Assembly (NCBI GenBank): GCA_040218735.1
Contig: JAVJQW010000043.1
Coordinates: 256,001 to 320,000 of the forward strand
Source: Deltaproteobacteria bacterium
GTDB lineage: Bacteria > Myxococcota > Kuafuiibacteriia > Kuafuiibacteriales > Kuafuiibacteriaceae
Direction: 5' to 3'
DNA length: 64,000 nt
Below are positions 8,957 to 17,016 of the stretch, piece by piece; within the stretch, counting starts at the first letter, position 1; each line of letters opens with the position of its first letter. The position numbers and the translations under genes were made by a program. The notes beneath the pieces were generated by a model. The model made no database searches. It was not told the origin of the DNA and was given only the letters and a program-made list of their open reading frames with translations.

Positions 8957-10672
8957 ATGAAGAAGTCGATTTCCACTCTGCTCAGCCTCGCGCTTCTCGC
9001 GCCCGCCACAGCCCTCGCCGTCGAGCTGCCCTTCGAGGCGTTCGTCACGCAGACCGACGAGACGCCGGTGAACGGCATGTTCGACGTCGAGCTTCGGATC
9101 TACGACGAGGCCGGCACGGTCCTCTTCGAAGAGACGCAGACCACGATGATCATGGACGGGTTCCTCTTCCTGAACGTCGGCGCGAGCACCGAGCTCGACC
9201 CGGCTGTGTTCTCGATGGCGATGGGTGAGCTGTTCCTGGGCCTCACGCTCGCCGGCGAAGAAGAGTTCTCGCCGCGCTTCCGCATCGGGATGGTGCCGTA
9301 CGCGGTCCACGCGCTGACCACGGACGACCAAGGCCTCATGGGCCCCACCGGTCCGACCGGTCCCGCCGGCGCCGACGGCGCGGAGGGGCCGCAGGGCCCC
9401 GCCGGTCCGACGGGCCCCGCGGGCGCCGACGGCGCACCGGGCGCGGATGGCGCGGACGGCGCCGTGGGCCCGGCGGGTGCGATCGGTCCGGCCGGTCCGA
9501 CGGGTCCGCAGGGCGCCGCCGGTCCGCAGGGTGCCCCGGGCGCCGCCGGAGCGACGGGTCCGCAGGGCGCCGCCGGTCCGCAGGGTGCCGCCGGGCCCGC
9601 CGGCGCGACCGGTGCCGTCGGTCCGCAGGGCCCCGCGGGCGCCGTGGGTCCGCAGGGTCCGGCCGGCGGTTTGGGTCCGATCGGCCCCGTGGGTCCGCAG
9701 GGTCCGCAGGGGGCGACCGGAGCGGTCGGCCCGCAGGGCCCCGTCGGCCTGACCGGTGCGCGTGGCCCCACTGGTCCCATCGGTCCGGTTGGCGCGGTCG
9801 GTGCGGTCGGTCCCGCCGGTCCGCAGGGTGCGGTCGGCCCCGCCGGCGCCGTGGGGCCGCAGGGCCCCGCGGGTCCGATGGGTGCGCTCGGCCCGGCCGG
9901 CCCCATCGGTCCGCAGGGCCCCGCCGGTCCGACCGGTGCGATGGGTCCGCAGGGGGCGGTCGGCCCCGCCGGCGCCGTGGGCCCGGCGGGCCCCGCCGGC
10001 GCTGATGGAGCGATCGGTCCGCGCGGCCCCGCTGGTCCTCAGGGTGCCGTCGGCCCCGCGGGCGCTGTCGGCCCGGCTGGTCCCATCGGTCCCGCCGGCC
10101 CCGTTGGTCCCGCGGGTGCGGTTGGCCCGATCGGTCCGCAGGGTGCGACCGGTGCGGTCGGTGCTCGTGGCCCCATCGGGCCTCAGGGTGCCGTTGGCGC
10201 CGCTGGCCCGGCTGGTCCCGCCGGTCCGGCGGGCCCCATCGGTCCGCAGGGTGCGACCGGTGCGGTCGGTCCCCGCGGCTTCGTCGGTCCGCAGGGCGCC
10301 ACGGGTCCGCAGGGCCCCGCCGGGGCGGATGGCGCCGATGGTGCGGTCGGCGCGCGTGGCCCGATCGGTCCGCAGGGTCCGCAGGGTGTCCAAGGGCCGG
10401 CCGGCGTGCCGTGCACCAACTGCGTCGGGCGCGCGTCGCTCAACGGCGCCGAGCCGCTGCTCTACCAGCAGCCGGCGGGCTGCGCGAACGCGGGCGGGAT
10501 CTACTCCGCGAACGCGTCGTGCACGACGGTCCAGTGTGGCATCTGTCCGATCCAGACCGCCGTCATCCCGACGTACTTCACGTGCGCGGGCGTCTGCCAG
10601 AGCTGCGGAAGCGCGCAGCAGTGCACGCGGTCGACGATCGGCTACCTGCTCAGCACCGCGATCGGGAACTGA
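8957..10672 (+). CDS. Secreted collagen-like (Gly-X-Y) fibre protein with Cys-rich C-terminal tip
   Basis: Sec signal peptide ([21 protein letters not shown]), ~105-aa beta-rich domain ending [15 protein letters not shown], 360 aa of Gly-X-Y, C-terminal domain with 10 Cys. Confidence 0.9.
   Translation: MKKSISTLLSLALLAPATALAVELPFEAFVTQTDETPVNGMFDVELRIYDEAGTVLFEETQTTMIMDGFLFLNVGASTELDPAVFSMAMGELFLGLTLAGEEEFSPRFRIGMVPYAVHALTTDDQGLMGPTGPTGPAGADGAEGPQGPAGPTGPAGADGAPGADGADGAVGPAGAIGPAGPTGPQGAAGPQGAPGAAGATGPQGAAGPQGAAGPAGATGAVGPQGPAGAVGPQGPAGGLGPIGPVGPQGPQGATGAVGPQGPVGLTGARGPTGPIGPVGAVGAVGPAGPQGAVGPAGAVGPQGPAGPMGALGPAGPIGPQGPAGPTGAMGPQGAVGPAGAVGPAGPAGADGAIGPRGPAGPQGAVGPAGAVGPAGPIGPAGPVGPAGAVGPIGPQGATGAVGARGPIGPQGAVGAAGPAGPAGPAGPIGPQGATGAVGPRGFVGPQGATGPQGPAGADGADGAVGARGPIGPQGPQGVQGPAGVPCTNCVGRASLNGAEPLLYQQPAGCANAGGIYSANASCTTVQCGICPIQTAVIPTYFTCAGVCQSCGSAQQCTRSTIGYLLSTAIGN
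9332..10411 (+). repeat. Collagen repeat, 120 uninterrupted Gly-X-Y triplets
   Basis: 1080 nt from GLM to GVP with Gly at every third residue ([15 protein letters not shown] dominate). Confidence 0.95.
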
Positions 10673-11473
10673 TCACTCCGCCTCGCCGCGCGCGACCCCC
10701 GCGAGGACGCGCGCGGCCCCGTCCAAACCGAGCACCTGCAGCCGTGTGACGTGCGCGGCGCGCTCGGGTGCGCCCTCGGCTGCAGGCCACGGCTCGGCGT
10801 CGTCGAAGGCCGCGAACCCCGAGCTGCTCCGGTACAGATAACGCGCGTCGCGCACCTTCACGAACGTGAGGAACAGCGGCGCGAGTCGACGGAGCTCGTC
10901 GTCGCCGAGCCGCTCCGTCCGCCACACCTTGGGAGCCCACCCCGTGTGATCGACCCACGCGAGCCACTGCTGCTCGCCGGGCCGCCGCACCACCCAGCTC
11001 ACGGTGTCCGCGACCTCTTCGTTCACGTCGAGGTGACGACTCCCGACCACGCGCCACGCGTCGTCGCCGACGAGGAACGCGCCGTCGAGCGGCTCCCCGC
11101 TCTCGGCCGCGAGGGCCAAGGTCATCGGCGATTGGTCGGGGCGCTCCGACGTGTACAGGCACACCAGCCAGAGGTTCGGCCGTCTCTTGCCGTCGGCGCG
11201 GACACTACAGGTGGCGCGCCAGACCACGCCGGCAGCGTCCGAGATCTCCAGCGTGTCGTCGCGCTCCGCGTGGTAGTGCGTGCCGCTGCTCGCCCAGCCG
11301 CGTTGGACCCGGCGGTCGGTGTCGAGCGCGTAGCCCTCCAGGTTCCCGCCCCCGAACCCCGGCGTCTCGAGTGGCACGGGCCGGGCGTCCACGGCGAAGC
11401 CCGGCGGCTTCTGCGCCGAGACACACGCGGTGAGGAGGAGGAGGGCGATCACGCCCATCTTCGGGAAGAACAC
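10673..11473 (-). CDS. Hypothetical lipoprotein
   Basis: GAGGA SD, signal peptide with lipobox LLTA-C; abuts the convergent collagen gene stop; no recognisable domain. Confidence 0.6.
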   Translation of the reverse strand: MFFPKMGVIALLLLTACVSAQKPPGFAVDARPVPLETPGFGGGNLEGYALDTDRRVQRGWASSGTHYHAERDDTLEISDAAGVVWRATCSVRADGKRRPNLWLVCLYTSERPDQSPMTLALAAESGEPLDGAFLVGDDAWRVVGSRHLDVNEEVADTVSWVVRRPGEQQWLAWVDHTGWAPKVWRTERLGDDELRRLAPLFLTFVKVRDARYLYRSSSGFAAFDDAEPWPAAEGAPERAAHVTRLQVLGLDGAARVLAGVARGEAE

Positions 11474-11531
11474 GCGTCCTCAGTTGCCACACGGTCTGGT
11501 TCGCTCCCATTTTTTTGGTAGCGTGACCCTG

Positions 11532-13205
11532 GTGCGCCGCCTCGTCCTCGCCGCGTTGCTCGCGACCGCGTGTGACGCGAGGACGACGACGCAGGTGGTC
11601 GTGGTCCTGCACGCCGAGCCGGCGGTGCGCGACGCCGCGGTTCAACTCGCGGTGATCGTCGAGGGTCCGGACGGGCGCGCGGTCGTGGACCGCGTCGACC
11701 CGCTGCCCGGCTCCAACGTCGGTGCGCTCGCGCGGATCCCGATCGTCCCGAACGGCGGCGATGTGAGTCGCACGTTCCGCGTGCGCGCGACGCTCCTCGA
11801 CGCCGCGGGTTCCACGGTCGCCGAGGTCGAGGTCGACGCAGGCTACGTGAAGGACGAGCTGCGTGAAGTCCACGCGTGGTTCGACGACGCTTGCCTCGGC
11901 GTCCTCGACTGCGGCGAAGGACGAACCTGCGTTCGCGGCGCGTGCGTCGGCGCGTGCCACGCCGCCGGCGAAGTCGGCGCGGACCGCACCGACCCGGAGT
12001 GTGGCGCGTGTGAGCGGTGTGTGGACCTGAGCTGCACGCCGATCGAAGACGGAACGCCGTGCGCGTGCACCGCTACGGATCGGTGCGCCGCCGGCGCGTG
12101 TGTCACCGGCCAACCGATCAACGGCGTCTTCGCCGGCAACGTACACACGTGCGCCGGCGTGCAGGGCGGGAGCTTCTTCTGCTGGGGGAACAACCGCGTC
12201 GGGCAGCTCGGTCACGCCGCCGGTTCGACGACGTCGCCGGTGCGCCTCGAGGTCTCCGGCTGGTCGGCGGCGACGGCGGCCTCCGATCACACGTGTATGT
12301 TCGACCATGGCGGTGGCCGAAAGTGTTGGGGGTGGAACGGATCGGCCAACCTCGGGCTCGGCGTCGCGGAGAACCAGCGCTACACGGAGCCCACGGAGCC
12401 GCCCGCGGCGGAGCCGGAGTGGGCCGAGCTCGCGTCGGGCTGGTTTCACACCTGCGCGTTGCGGCGCGGGGGGGAGCTCGCGTGTTGGGGCAACAACGCC
12501 AACGCGGCGTGTGCCGTGCCGGACGAAGGGGAGCCGGTGCTCGCACCGCGCGACGTCGCGGATCGCAGTGATTGGGTCGCGGTCGCGGCGGGTGGCTTCC
12601 ACAGCTGCGGGCTGGACCGTTCGGGGCGCATCTACTGCTGGGGCCTGAACGCCTCCGGCGAGCTCGGCGTCGGCGACAACGCGCTCCGCGACGCACCGAC
12701 GCAGACGGGCTGCGTCGACGGGGTGTGCTTCGACGACTGGACGGCGATCGGCGCCGGCTCGTTCCACACCTGTGCGATCCGCGACGACGGATCGATGTGG
12801 TGCTGGGGCGGCGGGCTCAACGGGCAGCTCGGCGTCGGCCCGCTCAACATGGACAACGCGCTCGAGCCGCAGCGCATCGAAGTCGGTGGGTGGCGCGCGG
12901 TCGACGGCGGCGCGTCGCACACCTGCGCGATCCGCGAGGACCGCGGGTTGTACTGCTTCGGTCGCAACGAAGAAGGGCAGCTCGGCCTCGGCGACGTCCT
13001 CCGCCGCGACGTCCCCGACCGCGTCGGCGACGCGACGTACATCCGCGTCTCCGCCGGTCGCCAGCACACGTGCGCGATCCGCGAGGACCGCACGCTGTGG
13101 TGCTGGGGGCGGAACGAAGCGGGTCAGCTCGGCTTGGGGTTCGCGACGCCCGACGAGTCACCCCCGGTCACGTCACCGCGTCGGGTCTGTTTCCCGCCCG
13201 ACTGA
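11532..13205 (+). CDS. RCC1-repeat (beta-propeller) lipoprotein with Cys-rich linker
   Basis: Lipobox LATA-C; about 7 repeats of G-x-x-H-T-C-A...C-W-G-x-N-x-x-G-Q-L-G. Start moved from 11430 to GTG 11532, which follows an extended -10 (TG-G-TAGCGT). Confidence 0.9.
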   Translation: MRRLVLAALLATACDARTTTQVVVVLHAEPAVRDAAVQLAVIVEGPDGRAVVDRVDPLPGSNVGALARIPIVPNGGDVSRTFRVRATLLDAAGSTVAEVEVDAGYVKDELREVHAWFDDACLGVLDCGEGRTCVRGACVGACHAAGEVGADRTDPECGACERCVDLSCTPIEDGTPCACTATDRCAAGACVTGQPINGVFAGNVHTCAGVQGGSFFCWGNNRVGQLGHAAGSTTSPVRLEVSGWSAATAASDHTCMFDHGGGRKCWGWNGSANLGLGVAENQRYTEPTEPPAAEPEWAELASGWFHTCALRRGGELACWGNNANAACAVPDEGEPVLAPRDVADRSDWVAVAAGGFHSCGLDRSGRIYCWGLNASGELGVGDNALRDAPTQTGCVDGVCFDDWTAIGAGSFHTCAIRDDGSMWCWGGGLNGQLGVGPLNMDNALEPQRIEVGGWRAVDGGASHTCAIREDRGLYCFGRNEEGQLGLGDVLRRDVPDRVGDATYIRVSAGRQHTCAIREDRTLWCWGRNEAGQLGLGFATPDESPPVTSPRRVCFPPD

Positions 13206-14732
13206 CGCGTCGGGGTGGCGCCCCGTGGGCTCCGAGAAGGTGGTGTCCTCGACGACGTACTGAACCTGGCGCCCGCTTTTCTGCACCTCACACGCGCCCG
13301 CGTCGGTGAGCTCTCGCAAGGCAGCTTGCGCGGCTCGCAACGACACACCCGCGGCTTCGGCGATCTGCTTCGCCGTGGCGCCTCGGTGCTGGGCGACGAC
13401 GCGCAGCAGACTGTCGGGGAGCGGCGGCGTGCAGCGTGGATCCGGGACGAGCAGGGAGCGCACCAGCTCGATGCGGAGCTGCCCGCCCTCCCGCACGATG
13501 CGCGCGGCGTCCTGCACGTACTCACGCGCGCGGTGCAGGAGGACGTCGAAGACCCCCTTGTGGACCTCCGCGTCGTACGGGAAGCCGTACACCGTCTCGA
13601 AGCACGCCGTGTCTTCGATGCCCTCTAGCGTGAGGAGCAAGAGGCTCACGAGGATCTCCACGCGTCCCTGCTTTCGGCGACTCTGCGGGAGCGCGACGAC
13701 CCCGAGCCGGTCCGTCAGGCCGTGACCGAGCCGCAGCACACGTCGGCGATCGCTCGGTCGCGCGACGACGTAGACGAGCGCCGACTCGTCCGCGGGTGCG
13801 CTGCCGGTGCGGGTCAACAGCCCCGTGAGCACGCCGGGGACGTCGTCGGTGTCGCCGCGACACCACGGTGTGCATCCGGCGCGGGGTTGTCGCTCGGGAT
13901 CCAAGACGGCGACGAGCTCCGCGATCTCCTCCGCGAAGGGGGATCGCACGGGGAGCCCGGCGAGAGTCCGCTCCGCCGCTTCGAAGGCACCTCGGTCCGC
14001 GCGCTCCGCCGCGAACAGGAGCGCGACGAACGCGTTCGCCCACGCGTCGTCGTGTTCGAGCTTCGCCGCGATCTCCAACGCGCCGCTCGCCGCGAGCTCG
14101 GCCGCGAGCCACGGTCGCCACGTCGCGGGCGCGACGCGAGCGAGTGCTTCGAGGATGCGCGTCGCGAGGTGCGGGTGCCCGACGGTGCGACGCACGCGCG
14201 CGAGGACGAGGTGCGCGAGGTACTCCGACTGGAAGAATCCTTCGGTGCGCGCCATGCGCGAAGCGCGGCGCGAAGTCGAGACCGCCGCGTCGTGTTCACC
14301 GATCGCGAGGAGCGCGAGCGCGCGCAGCGCCGCGGCGTCGACGACGGTTGCGCCGTACCCCGCGCTCGCGGCGCGGGCCTCGACGTCGGGCGCGACCTCG
14401 ACGACCTCCGCGAAGGCTCCGGCGGCGATGTCGCGCCAGAGCCCGGCGGCGTCCCGGCGTGGCCCCTCGGGGATCCGCGGGATCCATCGATCCATCGCGG
14501 CGCGGTCGTTGGTGAGGAAGGCGTGGCGAACCACCTCCTCCGCGACGAGGCCGACGGCGACGGGGTCGTCGATCGCCGCGTCCCACGGCGGTGGACCGAC
14601 GGGGCGGGCGGCGTAGCGGGCGGTGGCGAACGCGACGCGCCAGGCGTCGGACGGGGGATCGCCGAGTCGCGAGAAGTCGCCGCGGGTCGCACGTCGGTAC
14701 GCCTCCTCACCTCCACGCGACGTCATCGACAC
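13173..14732 (-). CDS. Helical (TPR-like) protein with C-terminal winged-helix domains; putative transcription regulator
   Basis: Ala-rich helical N-terminal two-thirds; C-terminal ATAKQIAEAAGVSLRAAQAALRELTDAGACEVQKSGRQVQY is a clear wHTH, preceded by an OmpR-like segment (FETVYGFPY..VFDVLLHRAR). Confidence 0.7.
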   Translation of the reverse strand: MSMTSRGGEEAYRRATRGDFSRLGDPPSDAWRVAFATARYAARPVGPPPWDAAIDDPVAVGLVAEEVVRHAFLTNDRAAMDRWIPRIPEGPRRDAAGLWRDIAAGAFAEVVEVAPDVEARAASAGYGATVVDAAALRALALLAIGEHDAAVSTSRRASRMARTEGFFQSEYLAHLVLARVRRTVGHPHLATRILEALARVAPATWRPWLAAELAASGALEIAAKLEHDDAWANAFVALLFAAERADRGAFEAAERTLAGLPVRSPFAEEIAELVAVLDPERQPRAGCTPWCRGDTDDVPGVLTGLLTRTGSAPADESALVYVVARPSDRRRVLRLGHGLTDRLGVVALPQSRRKQGRVEILVSLLLLTLEGIEDTACFETVYGFPYDAEVHKGVFDVLLHRAREYVQDAARIVREGGQLRIELVRSLLVPDPRCTPPLPDSLLRVVAQHRGATAKQIAEAAGVSLRAAQAALRELTDAGACEVQKSGRQVQYVVEDTTFSEPTGRHPDASVGRETDPTR

Positions 14733-14739
14733 GGCGCGA

Positions 14740-14746
14740 TATCATA
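14740..14746. promoter_or_regulatory. Overlapping divergent -10 elements (TATCAT on +, TATGAT on -)
   Basis: AT-rich TATCATA island in the 22-nt gap between the divergent starts at 14732 (-) and 14755 (+). Confidence 0.55.
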
Positions 14747-14754
14747 GCGCCGCC

Positions 14755-16032
14755 TTGGCTCCCACTCCGCCCAGCGCCGCGTTCGGTGAGGCTTCGTACC
14801 ACCGGCTCTTCGATCTGGCGCAGGGCGGGATGGGGCGCGTCGAGCTCGTGGTGCGCAGCGAGGGGACGTTCAAGCGCCTCTACGCGGTGAAGCGCCTCCT
14901 CGAAGGGCTCCGCTCCGACGAGGCCGTGCGTCAGGCGTTCCTCGACGAGGCGCGGATCGCCGGGCTCGTTCGGCACCCGAACGTGGTGCCCGTGCTGGAC
15001 GTCGGCGAGGACGAGCGCGGCCCCTACCTCGTGATGGACTACGTGGAGGGGGTGTCGGTCGCCGATCTGATGCGCGCGTCCGTTCGGGCGCGGCGCCAGG
15101 TTCCGCTGCAAGTTTGCTTGCGCATCGTTGCGCAGGCCGCGGAGGGGCTCCACGCCGCGCACATGTTGACCGGCGAAGACGGCGCATCGTTGAAGCTCGT
15201 GCACCGTGACGTGTCGCCGCCGAACATCCTCGTGGGTTTCGACGGGATCGTGCGGGTCACGGACTTCGGTGTCGCGAAGGCGCTGGGCCGACTGAGCCAC
15301 ACCCACGGCGCGGTGCTCAAAGGGAAGCTCGGCTACATGTCACCGGAGCAGCTGCGCTTCGAGCCGATCGATCATCGCTCGGATCTGTTCGCGCTCGGTG
15401 TGGTGCTGTTCGAGATGCTCGCGGGGCGTCGGCTCTACCGGAACAAGGAGGAGACCGAAGGCACCCGCCGCCTCCTCGCCGAGCCGCCGCCGGACATCGG
15501 CGAGGAGCGCGACGACGCCCCGCCGGCGCTGGTGCAGCTGTTGTTCTCGATGCTCGCGAAGAAGGCGGAGCACCGCCCCTCGACCGCGCGCGAAGTACGC
15601 AAGCGGTTGGAGGAGATGGTGGCCGCCCTCGTCGCCGAGGAGGGCCCGATCGAGGTCGCGGAGTTCCTCGCCGCGACGATGTCCAAGGACCAGGAGGAAC
15701 AGGCCGCCCGCATCACGCACGCGATGTCGGACGTCGGCGAGCGGCAGAAGACCGCCGTACGTCGACGGTGGCCGCTCGTGGTCGCGACGGGGGTGGCGGT
15801 CGCGGTCGTCGCGGTGCTCGTCGCGAAGTCCGCGCCCGAACCGGCGCCGCCTCCGCCTCCGCCTCCGCCGCCGGTGAGCGCGGCGCTCCCGCCTCCGCCC
15901 GTCGAGCCGCCGCCCGCGGTCGAGCCGCAGCCCGAGGTCGAGGAGCCGGCGCCGCCGAAGCGGACGAAGCGGCGTCGTAAGAAGACGAAGCCGAAGCGCG
16001 AGGACGGCGTGCCGATGTGGGAGTGGGAGTGA
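14755..16032 (+). CDS. Hanks-type Ser/Thr protein kinase with TM and Pro-rich tail
   Basis: LAQGGMGRV, AVKRL, HRDVSPPN, DFG, YMSPEQ, DLFALG; TM (WPLVVATGVAVAVVAVLVA). Start moved to TTG 14755 to avoid overlap with the divergent gene. Confidence 0.93.
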   Translation: MAPTPPSAAFGEASYHRLFDLAQGGMGRVELVVRSEGTFKRLYAVKRLLEGLRSDEAVRQAFLDEARIAGLVRHPNVVPVLDVGEDERGPYLVMDYVEGVSVADLMRASVRARRQVPLQVCLRIVAQAAEGLHAAHMLTGEDGASLKLVHRDVSPPNILVGFDGIVRVTDFGVAKALGRLSHTHGAVLKGKLGYMSPEQLRFEPIDHRSDLFALGVVLFEMLAGRRLYRNKEETEGTRRLLAEPPPDIGEERDDAPPALVQLLFSMLAKKAEHRPSTAREVRKRLEEMVAALVAEEGPIEVAEFLAATMSKDQEEQAARITHAMSDVGERQKTAVRRRWPLVVATGVAVAVVAVLVAKSAPEPAPPPPPPPPPVSAALPPPPVEPPPAVEPQPEVEEPAPPKRTKRRRKKTKPKREDGVPMWEWE

Positions 16033-16934
16033 GGCGCTGGATCCTCCTGCTGCTGATCGCGTGGCCGACGTCGGCGCTCGCGGACGTCGAGGCCGACGCG
16101 CGCCGTGAGTTCGAGGCGGGGACGGCCGCGCTCAAGACGGGGCGCTTCGCGGCGGCGCGTGACAACTTCCGGCGGGCGTTGGCGCTCGTCCCGAAGGCGG
16201 CGTCCGCGTTCAACCTCGGCGTCGCGCTCCGCGGCACGGGCGAGCCGGTCGAGGCTGTGCAGATGTTCGAGTCATTGCTCGCCGAGGAGTACGGCGCCCT
16301 TCAGCCCGCGCAGCGCGACCAGCTCGAAGTGTTGCTCGGCGAGACGCGCGCGGAGATCGCGACCCTCGAAGTGCGCATCGCGGGCGCCCCGGTCGCGGAG
16401 CTGAAGATCGACGGGCGCCGCGTCCGTGATCTCGTCGAGGGCGAAACTCACGTGCAGCCGGTGGATCCGAACGGCTACGTCGTGCGCGCGACGGCGCCGC
16501 AGCGCTTGCCGGCCGAGGAGCGCGTGCAGCTCGGGCGCGGCGCGACGGTGCGTGTGGAGCTCGAGCTCGTCGAGCCGCCGCAGGTCGCGACGCTCGTGGT
16601 GGACGGGGCGCCCGGCGATCTGATTCGTGTGGACGGCATCGGGGAGGGCAGCGTTCCATTCGAGCGAACGGTTGCTCCGGGGGCGTACCACATCGTCGCG
16701 ACGGGACCGTCCGGAGAGCGCGCCACGGACGTTACCGTCGAGGCCGGCCAGACCCTGCGCGTGCGCCTCGAAGCCGAGCCGCCCGGTCTGGTCTCGAGCC
16801 CGTGGTTCTGGGGCGCCGTGGTGGTGGTCGCGGCGGGGCTCACCGCGACGACCGTCGTGCTCGCTCAGGATCGCACCACGGATCCGGTGCGAGATCCCAC
16901 GTACGGCGTCGTCAGCGCGCTCCGTGTTCGATGA
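16029..16934 (+). CDS. Secreted TPR + PEGA domain protein
   Basis: GTGA overlap with the kinase stop, signal peptide, TPR (ARREFEAG..AFNLGVALRGTG), two PEGA-like beta domains, C-terminal PWFWGAVVVVAAG hydrophobic segment. Confidence 0.85.
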   Translation: MRRWILLLLIAWPTSALADVEADARREFEAGTAALKTGRFAAARDNFRRALALVPKAASAFNLGVALRGTGEPVEAVQMFESLLAEEYGALQPAQRDQLEVLLGETRAEIATLEVRIAGAPVAELKIDGRRVRDLVEGETHVQPVDPNGYVVRATAPQRLPAEERVQLGRGATVRVELELVEPPQVATLVVDGAPGDLIRVDGIGEGSVPFERTVAPGAYHIVATGPSGERATDVTVEAGQTLRVRLEAEPPGLVSSPWFWGAVVVVAAGLTATTVVLAQDRTTDPVRDPTYGVVSALRVR

Positions 16935-17016
16935 TCGGGTTTATCCGCCCGCGGGCGAGAAATCCTCGCGATGAAACCCCCGGGGCGCTAGCGTCGTACC
17001 CGGTGAGCCCCCTCTC

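Noticed and set aside
8588-10393. Antisense ORFs over the collagen gene, including a collagen-looking one at 9100-9906
   Set aside because: GGN-CCN codon pairs read as Gly/Pro repeats on the opposite strand; no signal peptide or flanking domains.
9332-10411. CRISPR-like or mobile repeat array
   Set aside because: The repeats are in-frame 9-nt collagen units without unique spacers; no cas or transposase genes in the window.
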